The notes: generated from the letters alone by a model not told the origin. Shown: positions 38,417-48,866, numbered from the stretch's first letter. The stretch: DNA of 64,000 bases from an uncultured candidate division Zixibacteria bacterium (GCA_963806185.1 CAWDXE010000007.1:672001-736000), one strand, 5' to 3'. Program-made: numbers and translations.

Positions 38417-40135
38417 TCATCGCGCCAGACTGAAATCAACCTTGTATCGCAACCCGAAGCCCACTGCCCGACCATCCTGTTGTGCAGGAAGAAAGCGATG
38501 ATGTGGCGCAGCCTCCAACGCTGCAGTGTCCAATTCCGGGTGACCGCTAGACCTATATACGCGACTCTCTGTCACCGATCCCGTCTTGTCGACATACAAT
38601 TCCAGCCACACCACACCTTCGACTTTCTCGTCTTTCAGCGCGGCTGGGTAGACTGCTTCCTGTATCTTGATTGCTTTGGGGTATTTGATTTTGGGCGTTT
38701 TGGTCTGGCCGGGAATGATCACCGACAGAGAACCGGGCTGAAAATCAACTTTCCATGACGTCCAGGCGACGACCGGCTTGCCGTTACCCGTCATGCCCGG
38801 AATGAACGTGTGTTCCTTCACAGGTGCTAGAGCGGCGCTGTCGAGGACATCAAACCCGCTTGACCGGGCAATCCGACTCTCCAGTAATTGGCCCGACTTT
38901 CCAATGACTGCGGCCACATTCACCGTGCCTTCGATTCCTGAGTCTAGTGCCGACGGGGGATAGGTAGACTTCACGAATCGAGTAATTCGAGGAAGTGTTG
39001 CCGGCGCTGGCAAATTTGCCCATTTGTCATGAGTCTCGGGTTCCGGCGTCATGTCAATCGATCCATCCGCCATGTTAGGTTTCAATTTTGGATCGTACTT
39101 GTAGGAGAATGTACCTTGAAACCACGCGGTCACCGCTCGTCCTCCTTTCTGTGCAGGAGAAAAGATACCCGCCCGCGTCTGCGCCAATGCCGAGTTATCA
39201 AGCGACGGCTCCCCGCTGGACTGAAGGACTCTTGCGGTGACAATGCGACTGGTCGAATCGACGAGTGCGGCTGTCCGCACCGTTCCGGACTGTCGCCGGA
39301 CGAAGGCTGCCTCAGGATAGATGACGCGCAATGGTACAATTGGTGTAGCGGGAGAATTCACGATCTGCTGTTCGTCCGGAAGAGGCATGCCGGCTGACCG
39401 CAAAAGGGAATCGGTCACCTCGAAAGAAATCCGGGTATACGCCAGGTATTCTTTCGATTTGTTGCCGGTCTGACGGAGCGGGAATTTTGCTTTTTTCAAC
39501 ACCTTCGTGGCTGATTCGATAAAGCCGTAGTCGATCCCGTCGGTGGACTTGTCAAGTATTCTGGCCACGCGGCCGCGCTTGTCGATCTTGAGGCGAAACG
39601 TCACCTGCCCTTCAATCAACTGCTCGAGCGCTTTTTGAGGGAAAACCGGCACAGCCATCTCCACCGGATCAAGAATTGGGCCATCGATGCCCGGCAGCGG
39701 CGGGCTCGTCTTACTGATCGTGATATTGCCATATTCTGCACGAGTCGGGGCCGAGAGATCCTTAAACACAACTGCAACATAGCCAGTGTATACGACCGGA
39801 TCAGCTCCTTCCCAGTGCGGCTGGAAGATTGCTGACTTGGCGGCGGCCAAGGCTTCGTCTTCAAACCCATATCCAGGCCGGTCGCACCAGGCGACTTCGG
39901 CCTTTTTGACCGCACCGGCTTCGCCCACGGTCAGTTTCAACCACACCGTGCCCGTAACCTGTTCGCTCTTGGCTTTGGCGGGGAAGTACGGAAAAAACCC
40001 TTGAACCGGTCGTGCAATCGAATCCGGCGCAACTTTGGAAAGCTCTGCGGGAAGCGGCGTATCGCCGCCTTGAGCTTTCGCCATGGTCGACGTCAGCATA
40101 AATAAAAATAAGGCAGCAAATAGTCTCTGAATCAT
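38417..40135 (-). CDS. Protein with five tandem TonB C-terminal domains
   Basis: Five (Y/F)P..A.....G.V.....(V/I)...G repeats; ATG 40135 with AGGAG RBS; signal peptide. Confidence 0.8.
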   Translation of the reverse strand: MIQRLFAALFLFMLTSTMAKAQGGDTPLPAELSKVAPDSIARPVQGFFPYFPAKAKSEQVTGTVWLKLTVGEAGAVKKAEVAWCDRPGYGFEDEALAAAKSAIFQPHWEGADPVVYTGYVAVVFKDLSAPTRAEYGNITISKTSPPLPGIDGPILDPVEMAVPVFPQKALEQLIEGQVTFRLKIDKRGRVARILDKSTDGIDYGFIESATKVLKKAKFPLRQTGNKSKEYLAYTRISFEVTDSLLRSAGMPLPDEQQIVNSPATPIVPLRVIYPEAAFVRRQSGTVRTAALVDSTSRIVTARVLQSSGEPSLDNSALAQTRAGIFSPAQKGGRAVTAWFQGTFSYKYDPKLKPNMADGSIDMTPEPETHDKWANLPAPATLPRITRFVKSTYPPSALDSGIEGTVNVAAVIGKSGQLLESRIARSSGFDVLDSAALAPVKEHTFIPGMTGNGKPVVAWTSWKVDFQPGSLSVIIPGQTKTPKIKYPKAIKIQEAVYPAALKDEKVEGVVWLELYVDKTGSVTESRVYRSSGHPELDTAALEAAPHHRFLPAQQDGRAVGFGLRYKVDFSLAR

Positions 40136-40195
40136 TCGCGTACTCCTGTTATACGGGTCTGCTGCGACATGGTAACACGAGACGGAAGGCGGTGC

Positions 40196-40227
40196 AAAAG
40201 AAAAGAGCCCACCTCTCGATGGGCTCT
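40196..40227 (-). terminator. Rho-independent terminator
   Basis: AGAGCCCA / TGGGCTCT stem then TTTTCTTTT on minus strand. Confidence 0.7.
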
Positions 40228-40251
40228 CACAAATGATCATACTAGCTTCGA

Positions 40252-40545
40252 TTACTTCACGATCGCCGTCGCGAGGCGGCCCTGGAACTTCTCGGCCTGT
40301 TCATGATTGACTCGCCTGTAGAAATCGCACTGATGGCACGAGCCGCCCCGGCAGGAAATGGGAAGGCGCCCGCCGATGTCTTTCGCCGCCACCATCCAGC
40401 AGACGCGCCCGCCCGCCTTGCCCTCGTTCATCCCGTCATGCTTCATCGACGTTGCCACCGGGCACTCGCCCAGTGTGTCGGCCAGAAGCCCGCCCTTCTC
40501 CCGGCCGCAGTTCTTAAATTCCCAGCAATTCAGTTTGTCATGCAT
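40252..40545 (-). CDS. Two-CW-domain Cys-rich small protein
   Basis: NCWEFKNCGRE...ECP...GRVCW...C...CHQCDFY. Confidence 0.75.
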   Translation of the reverse strand: MHDKLNCWEFKNCGREKGGLLADTLGECPVATSMKHDGMNEGKAGGRVCWMVAAKDIGGRLPISCRGGSCHQCDFYRRVNHEQAEKFQGRLATAIVK

Positions 40546-40550
40546 GCGGC

Positions 40551-42611
40551 TCAGTTCCCCGTCGTGACGACCTGCATGAGCAGGCGGTATTTCTCCTGCG
40601 TGTTCATCTGCGCAAGCTGATCCTCGCTGACCATCTTGCGATACTTCTCAAACGTCTTGCGGACATTTTTTATGTCGTTGTCGCCGAGATAGGAGAGCAT
40701 CAGGTACTCGTAGATTTCGGCATTGTTCGGATCGAGTTTTTGGGCGTCCTTGAAGTTGTCAATCGCTTCCTTGAAATTCCCCAGATTGTACCGAGCTTCG
40801 CCGATTCCCATAAAGGCTTTCACGTTGCGCCGATCGAGACTCACCACTGCTTCATAGTCGGCGATAGCGGCGATATCCTGACCGCGCGCTAGATTTGCCG
40901 TTGCCCGTCCGAGCAGGGCCTGGGTCGATTTGCGGTCGAGTTGGCTGGCACGATCAAAAGCCTGATAGGCCTGATTGCCGTTTCCTTCGTTAAGCGCAAG
41001 GTTGCCGCCCGCGGTCAGATCGGCCACGGTGCCCTCGCGATCGCCCGCTTTGGCACGAGCCTCGGCACGCATGAGGTAAGCTTTCGACGACGTTGGTTTG
41101 AGGGAAATGACTTCAGAGTACTGAGCGATGGCCGTGGCGAAGTCGCCGCCATTCATGGCGGTTTCGGCCGCCGAGTACGCCAGTTCTTCCGGTGACGCCT
41201 GGCGTTCAGCCGGCAATGGCTGCAGCGCCACTTCCAGCGTGGTTGTCTTATTGGCACCGAGATTGACCGTACCGGAAACTGTCTGATATCCCTCGGCACT
41301 GACCGTGTACGAGCGCTTTCCCGGCTTCAGTTTCTGATAGGCGAGGTTCCCGATACCGACCACCTGACCATCAACGCGCAGCGTGGCTCCTTCGACGTTG
41401 GCCGCGAGCACCAATTGCGCACTGGTGGCTTTCGGCGACGGGGAAGAGGTCTGTTGCGGCTCAGCGAATCTCGGTTGGGCTACGTCAGTGGCGGCCGAGG
41501 TGGGAAGCGACGAAATCTCTTCCGGCGTTTCGTGCGCGAAGCTGCCGCTCGCCTCCTCGGCGGGACGCAGAGCGACTGTCGTCACCTCGCCGGCAACCAC
41601 GGTGGCGTAGTCGGTGCCAACGACCTGGTTGTTCACCACGTATTCGATCTTGTGGCTGCCGCTCGATATGCCGTCAGCTACGAAGAATCCCTGGCCGTTG
41701 CTCTCAATCTCTTTCCCCAGATCCGGAAAGCGAATAGCCGCACCCTGAATGAATGGCTGCTGCGTATCATCGAGCACGATCCCTATCACGGTGCCTGAGC
41801 CGCTGCCGGCGCCGGACGTGAAGATGGCAATGCACGCGATGAGAAGCACAGCCGCCGCCGCACCCAGTGATATCCATTTAGCTTTGGGCGAGAGGCTGTA
41901 TTTGCGCAGGACATAGATGCGATCATTGATGGCCGCTTCGTCGTTCTCGTGCAGGCGTTGATTGCCCGTCAGATAGACCACGTTGCCGAAGTAATAGGAC
42001 ACGCCACGCAGTCGATCGGCCATTTTGGGACGATGGGCGTCGGTGGCCTCATTGACAGGTGGCCGGTTGGTTTTGGCGACCGGAACGGCTGACTTGGCTT
42101 TGGCCTCGGTCGATGTTTCCGTCTTGTCGATGCTTCGGAGCAGGTTTCGTTTCTCATCGTCACTGAGATACGGGCGATTGGAGGTGCCGGCATACATCGA
42201 CATGGAAATCGCCTCGATCTCCTGCTTGGACAACTTCTTGATCTGTTGCGGATCATCGGGCTCAGGTTCCGCTTCTTGTTTTTGCGCCGGAGGAGGGGTC
42301 ATATCTTCGGCGGCTGGAATCGAACCGTACATCTTCGCCTGGAGCGGTTCGGTCAATTCTTCGTCGTCAAGCGCGCTAACATCTGACGGAAGAATCGGTC
42401 GCAACCGTTTCACGGACGGTTCATCGAAACCGCTCCCGGAAGGTGATTCCGCGAGTGAACTGTCGTCCCTGAGTTCGGCGGTTTCGACGCCGGAATCCTC
42501 AAAGCTTTGAGTGTGCGTTTCGGCTGGACGGTCAAGGTCGGCGCCACAGCGAGTGCAGAAGGCTGCGCTGTCTACCAACTCGTCGAACTGGCATTGAGGG
42601 CATCGTTTCAC
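40551..42611 (-). CDS. Zinc-ribbon / TM / carboxypeptidase-regulatory-like / PEGA / TPR protein
   Basis: CPQC..FCTRCG N-terminus, single TM, G.V.D...PFIQGA.I, ANVEGATL.VDG PEGA-like segment, TPR repeats at C-terminus. Confidence 0.75.
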   Translation of the reverse strand: MKRCPQCQFDELVDSAAFCTRCGADLDRPAETHTQSFEDSGVETAELRDDSSLAESPSGSGFDEPSVKRLRPILPSDVSALDDEELTEPLQAKMYGSIPAAEDMTPPPAQKQEAEPEPDDPQQIKKLSKQEIEAISMSMYAGTSNRPYLSDDEKRNLLRSIDKTETSTEAKAKSAVPVAKTNRPPVNEATDAHRPKMADRLRGVSYYFGNVVYLTGNQRLHENDEAAINDRIYVLRKYSLSPKAKWISLGAAAAVLLIACIAIFTSGAGSGSGTVIGIVLDDTQQPFIQGAAIRFPDLGKEIESNGQGFFVADGISSGSHKIEYVVNNQVVGTDYATVVAGEVTTVALRPAEEASGSFAHETPEEISSLPTSAATDVAQPRFAEPQQTSSPSPKATSAQLVLAANVEGATLRVDGQVVGIGNLAYQKLKPGKRSYTVSAEGYQTVSGTVNLGANKTTTLEVALQPLPAERQASPEELAYSAAETAMNGGDFATAIAQYSEVISLKPTSSKAYLMRAEARAKAGDREGTVADLTAGGNLALNEGNGNQAYQAFDRASQLDRKSTQALLGRATANLARGQDIAAIADYEAVVSLDRRNVKAFMGIGEARYNLGNFKEAIDNFKDAQKLDPNNAEIYEYLMLSYLGDNDIKNVRKTFEKYRKMVSEDQLAQMNTQEKYRLLMQVVTTGN

Positions 42612-42832
42612 GTCGTTTTCCTACTTTGAAGAGACTATTGTATCTGAGGTCGGTATCGGCATTCGTGCGATTTTTCTTTAAATGTCAGGCTTGGTTGACA
42701 CGTCTCATCCGAGGGGCAAGCCTATTGGCAAATAAGGGCTTGACACCCTAACTCGGGCAGGTGTATACTGTCTGCCTGTTAGGCTGGGGAGTTGGTTAGG
42801 AGTGCAGACACTACTGGAGGAGGTTGGGCTTC

Positions 42833-44314
42833 ATGTCTCTGTATGGTAAGCGATTGTCCGCCATATCGTTGGTTCTACTCGGCGTAATGGTTTTCGCCGG
42901 CTGCTCACAGCCGGATGACATTCTAACAGGGGTCTCCAAGTCGACTATGACGCTCACGGCCGAGCGCCTCCCGACCCCGCCGAACGGCATGGTATACGAA
43001 CTATGGCTCTCCAAGGTGGCCGATCCCGATACGAGCGTGGCCTCGACTGATATCCGCTCGCTCGGCAAATTCTCGTACATCAATAACGACACGATCAATG
43101 CGTTCCTCAATCTCGACGGATCGGCGCGTTCTAATTTGATTGATATCTCCGAAGATATCCTCAATTACAAGAGCGTCTTTGTCTCTATTGAATTGGCTAG
43201 TGATGCCGATGAAGATCGTCCTGGCCCAATCATGTTGACCGGTCGCATTTCGTCGGATCCGGATGCGACTCTGCGCCTCAACTTTCCCAAAGCCGACTCC
43301 CTGTTCGAAGCCACGTGCTGGTTCAATATGCACACGACGTCGGACGAAAGTGATGGCGGCATAGGACGCGGCATTTGGTTCTGCGGCTTCCGGGCGGAGA
43401 CAAAATCTCTCCCGGACACCATAGCGTTGAGAGCTGATTCCACCCAATGGGATACGCTCCCGATTGAAATTGATCCCACGTCTGGTGACACCACGAATAT
43501 CGACTCACTGACTCGTCCGTATCCTGACGTACTTGACAGCATTTATCTGGACACGGTCTATTTCCGCTTCCAGGGTCCCAGCTATACGGTGCGAGATACA
43601 TTCATTATGGGCGTGGATTCGTTCGAGCACATTAGGATGCACTACAAGATCGTGTATCGCAAAGACACTATTCCGCCGTACACGCGCAGGAATCTCCGCA
43701 TTACCGTAGACACCATCCCTGATAGTGCCAGGTTGCAGATATTCAACCAGCAGCAGTTTGCTTTCCCGATTGTTACCAAGTACGGCTGGAAATATTGCGG
43801 GTGGGTAGTTGAGCCAAGCCTCGACATCACTAAAGACTCCATCGGCTCGTTCACGCCGCCCGGTTATCCGACCATCACCGGGAATAAGAACTGGTTTAGC
43901 GGATCAACAGGCGGTCTGTTGAGTACGGGGACCTTCACGTACATAGACAGCTCCGACGATCTTAATCGTTTCCAGGCCGACGCCAACCGAATTCCCGGTT
44001 ACCCCGGTGAAGAGTATGTCGATTTGATCAAGGTTCAGGATGTGCTGGGTGTTCCAGAGGTCAATTTCCTGCCGAACGCAACCGGCAACGTCGGAAACGT
44101 CTTCATTTCCTTTGAACCGGCCAACCGGCTGACGGACACGACCAATTTCCCGCTCATCGCCTTTTCGGTTGATGTCCCGTCGTTCCGCAGTGCGCTGAAC
44201 CCGGTCGGGAATCCGGGCACTGTACAGATTCGTATGTACAATTTGACGGGGAGTGTGCCTGGCTACTTGAATATGGGTTTCCCTGAGATTTCCGCCAAGA
44301 TCGGTCGTTTCTAA
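42833..44314 (+). CDS. Lipoprotein with duplicated RskA/anti-sigma-like beta module
   Basis: Lipobox VFAGC; repeated YELW..SLGKF..VFVSIE and YCGW..STGTF..VFISFE. Confidence 0.6.
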   Translation: MSLYGKRLSAISLVLLGVMVFAGCSQPDDILTGVSKSTMTLTAERLPTPPNGMVYELWLSKVADPDTSVASTDIRSLGKFSYINNDTINAFLNLDGSARSNLIDISEDILNYKSVFVSIELASDADEDRPGPIMLTGRISSDPDATLRLNFPKADSLFEATCWFNMHTTSDESDGGIGRGIWFCGFRAETKSLPDTIALRADSTQWDTLPIEIDPTSGDTTNIDSLTRPYPDVLDSIYLDTVYFRFQGPSYTVRDTFIMGVDSFEHIRMHYKIVYRKDTIPPYTRRNLRITVDTIPDSARLQIFNQQQFAFPIVTKYGWKYCGWVVEPSLDITKDSIGSFTPPGYPTITGNKNWFSGSTGGLLSTGTFTYIDSSDDLNRFQADANRIPGYPGEEYVDLIKVQDVLGVPEVNFLPNATGNVGNVFISFEPANRLTDTTNFPLIAFSVDVPSFRSALNPVGNPGTVQIRMYNLTGSVPGYLNMGFPEISAKIGRF

Positions 44315-44344
44315 CGACTCCCGGCCGTTTCGATCTGACTTTAC

Positions 44345-44372
44345 AAGCCGCCGCTGAACACGGCGGCTTTTT
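44345..44372 (+). terminator. Rho-independent terminator
   Basis: AAGCCGCCG / CGGCGGCTT stem followed by T-tract. Confidence 0.8.
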
Positions 44373-44757
44373 GTTGGAGCAAAGTGGAACTGTTCAAGAG
44401 ATGTGCATTTGGCTGCGGAAATGGTGATGTGTGCAGATACGCCGCCCAATTGCTCGGCGTGGAAAGAGATTCCCGGCACATGAATCGCCTTGCATAATAA
44501 GCGGTTACTTACTATCTTGAAAGTAGTTAGTAAATCAAGGTTTGTGATTCCGGACCGGCACCTCACTTGCTCGATCCTTCACTGGACCACACATACGAGT
44601 TCTCCCAGATTTTGGGAGTGGTGTGCGCTGGAACACCAGCCACCTGACGTTAGAGTCGGGCATCCCCCCTCCACCACTCCCTTAATTTTTGCCGATTAGT
44701 CTGACTCCCCTGCCGATCACCTTCAGATCTCTACCCTTTGGTCGATACCGTCAAAGG

Positions 44758-46734
44758 ATGAGCACGACGCAGATAGATATCAGATATACAGGTGGGCACA
44801 AACCCGGTTTCCTTTTTCGCCTTGGAACCCTGATTGTCCTCCAGGTCTTGTTTATATTCGCCGCCCTTGCCGTGATCATCTTCGTCCCTTCCGGCTATGA
44901 CACTCCGCTCAGCTACCAGGATCGTCGTCAGCAGATCGAATCGCTGCTTCGGAATCTCGAACCCATCCTGAATCCGACGACAACCTCTGTTACCGGAGAG
45001 ATGCAATCTCCCAACGTAGCCATCCGCGCGGCCCATCCTGAACTGATTGCCGCGGCGGTCTTCTGCCGCCAGCCTGATGGCTCGGTCGAAGAGATATGGA
45101 ATCTGGAAGGCGCCTTCAGCCGTACCGACAACGTCGCTCATGGCGCTTTGGACTATGCCGACAGGCGACTGGTCGATCTGGCGCTGTGCCAGCCGACTGA
45201 GTTCATCATGACGAAACCGAGCACCGAGGCCAACCCGGTGACCTATTATCGTGCGCCGGCGATCGCCGGCAGAAATGCGGTGTTGGTGACGGCTGAAGCC
45301 AGTGACAGTTTCGTTGCGTCACGTTCCTCTCTAGGCTACACGTTGTTCGTGTTGTTTTTGTGTTCCACGCTGGTTTCGTTGTTGACCGTCTATCTGCTCT
45401 CCCGGCGCTTCAAGGAACCGCTTGATCGAATCTCGCGGGGGCTGGACAAGACTGCGGATGGCGAAGTATTCTATCTGATGGAGAGCGAGGGAGACGAGGA
45501 ACTGCAACGCCTCTGCCGGTCCGTCAACCGGATGACCGAAACGCTCTGGCAGAACCAGGGCAATCTTCGTCAGTTCAATGTTCGATTGAATGATATGAAC
45601 ATGAATCTGATCGAATCGCAGCTCTTTCTGACCACGCTCATTGATAGTTCCCCCATTGCCATCATTGTGACTTCCTTTGACGGTCAGATTGTGCTGTTCA
45701 ATCGAGCCGCCAGCGAAGCGTTTGGCTATGCGTACGACGCCATCGTTGGGTCGAAGATTGATCGGCTGCTGGGTGTGACGGGAGAGAAAGTCCAGACGCC
45801 GTCCGAACAGCCAAGTGCCGGCGGGTTTGAGACGATCTGCAGACGGAACGACGACGAGCTATTCCCTGCCTACGTTCTGGCCAGTCCGATCATGGGGCGT
45901 GATGGCCACATGGGCGCCATGCTCTATCTCCTTCGGGACATCAGCGAGAGTCGCAATTTCCAGAACATGATGGTGCGCCTCGATCGGTTTGCGACCCGGG
46001 GACAAATGGCCGGCGATATCGCCCACGAAATCAACAACTATCTGGCCATCCTGCTGGGTAACCTGGAACTGCTCCCTCTGATCATCAAGAAGGGAGATAT
46101 GGAGAAGGCCGACAAGAAGATTGAGATCATGAAAGGCACGGTCGATAAGATCGGTCGCTTTGCCGCGGGACTGCTCGATATTCCGCAAGACGAGGCGCGG
46201 TTCGAACCGGCCAGTCTTAACCAGCTTGTCGAAAACGTGCTCGCCTTTGTCAAACCCCAGAATAAGTTCGACATGATCGAGTGGGAGACAGCGCTGGCCC
46301 CCGATCTGCCGTCCGCGCAAGTCGACGCCGGTCAGGTTCAGCAACTTCTGGTAAATTTGGTGTACAATGCCGCCGCGGCGATGGAAACGATTGACGGCCC
46401 TCGGCGCATTCGGATTCACACTCGTACGTCGACTCTGGACGGCGCACGATCGGTGCGTGTGGAGGTGAAGGACAGCGGCCCCGGAGTCCCCGTGGAGAGG
46501 GAAGCCAGCCTGTTTGTCAGTCGCTTTACGACGAAGAAAAAAGGCCATGGCATCGGGTTGATCACCTGTCGCAAAATTGTCGACGCCCATCAGGGTAAGA
46601 TCGAGTATCGCACCGACAGCGGCGCCGTCTTCGCCTTTGAACTGCCGATCGTCTCAACAGCGGCCCGAGAAGGTGAAGCGCCGCTTGCCGAAGTGCCTGC
46701 CGCCGCCGAGCCGCATCGACCTGTTTCGGTATAA
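44758..46734 (+). CDS. Membrane sensor histidine kinase (HAMP, PAS, HisKA, HATPase)
   Basis: Two TMs, H-box AHEINN, N-box NLVYNA, DSGPG, FTTKKKGHGIGL. Confidence 0.9.
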   Translation: MSTTQIDIRYTGGHKPGFLFRLGTLIVLQVLFIFAALAVIIFVPSGYDTPLSYQDRRQQIESLLRNLEPILNPTTTSVTGEMQSPNVAIRAAHPELIAAAVFCRQPDGSVEEIWNLEGAFSRTDNVAHGALDYADRRLVDLALCQPTEFIMTKPSTEANPVTYYRAPAIAGRNAVLVTAEASDSFVASRSSLGYTLFVLFLCSTLVSLLTVYLLSRRFKEPLDRISRGLDKTADGEVFYLMESEGDEELQRLCRSVNRMTETLWQNQGNLRQFNVRLNDMNMNLIESQLFLTTLIDSSPIAIIVTSFDGQIVLFNRAASEAFGYAYDAIVGSKIDRLLGVTGEKVQTPSEQPSAGGFETICRRNDDELFPAYVLASPIMGRDGHMGAMLYLLRDISESRNFQNMMVRLDRFATRGQMAGDIAHEINNYLAILLGNLELLPLIIKKGDMEKADKKIEIMKGTVDKIGRFAAGLLDIPQDEARFEPASLNQLVENVLAFVKPQNKFDMIEWETALAPDLPSAQVDAGQVQQLLVNLVYNAAAAMETIDGPRRIRIHTRTSTLDGARSVRVEVKDSGPGVPVEREASLFVSRFTTKKKGHGIGLITCRKIVDAHQGKIEYRTDSGAVFAFELPIVSTAAREGEAPLAEVPAAAEPHRPVSV

Positions 46735-46776
46735 CTTTCCCTTGCGTCGCCTATCAGAAGAAAAATAGCTTACGGT

Positions 46777-48810
46777 ATGGCTAAGGCTGCCGTATCCCGA
46801 CGAACTTCCCGCTTCGAACGAGGTTTGCTGCCTACCATCATCGTGGTGGTAGCCGCGGCTGTGTTTCTGCTCACCTGGATAGTTATTCGCGCCAGCCGTA
46901 CCGACAGCTACTCGCTTCTGGTAACCCAGGCCACTGCTTTCACCGAGGTGCTCGCTCAGGCGTGCGAGAACACGATCGTGGCCGAATCCTATTACGATCG
47001 CCTGGCGCAGTCACGGTACCGGGACATCGTTGCTTCGCTGGATGATCTCGACATCACCACCTTGCGTGACGGTGACGTGGCACGATTCTCGCGCGTACAC
47101 GATTTCGCCGGGATCTGGGTGTTTGACATGCAAGGGGAAGTGAAGGCCGAGGGGAGTGCGTCCGGCGGAGTAATCCAGATGCCGGCCTTTGTTACCTCTG
47201 AGCTGAAGCAACTGGCCGCCAATCCCGATACCAGGTCCGTGCTTCTCCTGGATGCTCCCGAAGGAGCCGAGGACATCACTCAGTACTATCTTCAGGTGAC
47301 CAACCAGCTCAATCGCATTGTGGTCATTGCCAACGATGCGCGGGCCTATGCCGATGCCGTGCGCACTACCGGGATCGGATTTCTCGTTCAGAATATGTCG
47401 AAGGAAGAGGCAGTCGAGTATATCGTTTACCAGACGAAGGACGGCATAGTGTTTTCGTCGCGACGCAGTGCCAGCCTGCTCTCGATCGACTCCGATCCCT
47501 TCCTGGGGGAGGCTCTGGAATCGGATACAGTCATGAATCGCGTCTTCGAATTCCAGGACCGACCCGTTCTCGAACTGGTTCGTCCCTTTTCGTCGACGCG
47601 CTATCCGTTCGGGCTGTTGCGCGTGGGTTGGTCTCTCAACCAGTACTACTCCATTTCCCGAGCCTTTGATATTCAAATGGCCGTCATGGGCGCGACCTTC
47701 TTTGGCTTGCTGCTTCTGGCTATCCTGTACCTCAATTCACGCCGCCAGCGGACCGAGTTGGGCCAGCGGTATATCAGAATCAAATCGCTCACCGACAAGG
47801 TACTTGAGCAGATGCACAGCGGAGTGGCGGCAATCGACCGCCGGGGTGTGATCCGCATTACCAACCGGGCCTTCGACGAAATCATGGGTGTTTCGCAGCC
47901 AGTCGATCAGTCTTGGCGCGATCTCATGGCGTCACGAAATCCGGTACTGATCGAGTTGCTGGAGAACCCGCGCTCGGCTACTGAAACGGAACTCACTATT
48001 GTTGCCGAGAGTGTCACGAAGGTCGTGCTGGCGGCCCGGACGGAGATTGAGGGCGCCGATGAAGATCAGCCGTCAACCGTCATAGTCGTGACCGACATTA
48101 CGCGCCTGCGCGAATTTGAGAAAGCGGCCGCCCGCAAGGAGCGACTCTCCGAGATGGGGCACCTCGCAGCGGGTGTGGCGCACGAAATCCGCAATCCACT
48201 CAATACCATTGCCATCGCCGCACAGAGACTCGAATCCGAGTTCGCGCCGGCCGACCGGGGGGAAGAATATCTTGCTTTCACTGAGCGCATTCGCTCCGAA
48301 ACCCGTCGTCTTAACGATATCGTCACCAGATTTCTGGCGCTCACGCGCGAGGCCCAGCCACGGCAAGCGAGCGTCATTGTATCCGACCTGTTAGTTGAGA
48401 TGGGGAAAAGGTTCGGCGAGGAAGTCGCCGTCGACGGCATTGAGATATCTGTGGAAACTCTTCCGGGGCTGGTCGTGGCGGGTGACATCGACAAATTGAA
48501 GCAGGCCTTGCTCAATTTGTTCAATAATGCAAGAGAGTCGTTCGACGGGCGTCCGGGAAAGATCGTGTTGCGGGCGGCGAGGGCAGACGCACACGCCGTC
48601 GTGACTATGGCCGACAGCGGACCCGGCATTCCGCCTGATCTGCGTGAGAAGATATTCACTCCCTATTTCACGACCAAACCGCACGGCACTGGTCTGGGCC
48701 TGCCGATTGTCTACCAGATCATCACCGAAGCGGGAGGCACCATCCGGGTAGTCGATTCCGAATTGGGCGGCGCCAGCTTTGTCATCACTCTGCCGGTCCT
48801 TCAGGCATAG
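46777..48810 (+). CDS. Membrane sensor histidine kinase (NtrB-like)
   Basis: Two TMs, PAS-like region, AHEIRNPL, NLFNNA, DSGPG, FTTKPHGTGLGL. Confidence 0.92.
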   Translation: MAKAAVSRRTSRFERGLLPTIIVVVAAAVFLLTWIVIRASRTDSYSLLVTQATAFTEVLAQACENTIVAESYYDRLAQSRYRDIVASLDDLDITTLRDGDVARFSRVHDFAGIWVFDMQGEVKAEGSASGGVIQMPAFVTSELKQLAANPDTRSVLLLDAPEGAEDITQYYLQVTNQLNRIVVIANDARAYADAVRTTGIGFLVQNMSKEEAVEYIVYQTKDGIVFSSRRSASLLSIDSDPFLGEALESDTVMNRVFEFQDRPVLELVRPFSSTRYPFGLLRVGWSLNQYYSISRAFDIQMAVMGATFFGLLLLAILYLNSRRQRTELGQRYIRIKSLTDKVLEQMHSGVAAIDRRGVIRITNRAFDEIMGVSQPVDQSWRDLMASRNPVLIELLENPRSATETELTIVAESVTKVVLAARTEIEGADEDQPSTVIVVTDITRLREFEKAAARKERLSEMGHLAAGVAHEIRNPLNTIAIAAQRLESEFAPADRGEEYLAFTERIRSETRRLNDIVTRFLALTREAQPRQASVIVSDLLVEMGKRFGEEVAVDGIEISVETLPGLVVAGDIDKLKQALLNLFNNARESFDGRPGKIVLRAARADAHAVVTMADSGPGIPPDLREKIFTPYFTTKPHGTGLGLPIVYQIITEAGGTIRVVDSELGGASFVITLPVLQA

Positions 48811-48838
48811 CCACCTGTCATCAGAGGTAGGCACAGAA

Positions 48839-48866
48839 AAGCGGCCCTCGTTTAAGGGCCGCTTCT
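48839..48866. terminator. Hairpin between convergent kinase and citrate synthase genes
   Basis: AAGCGGCCCT / AGGGCCGCTT inverted repeat. Confidence 0.7.
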
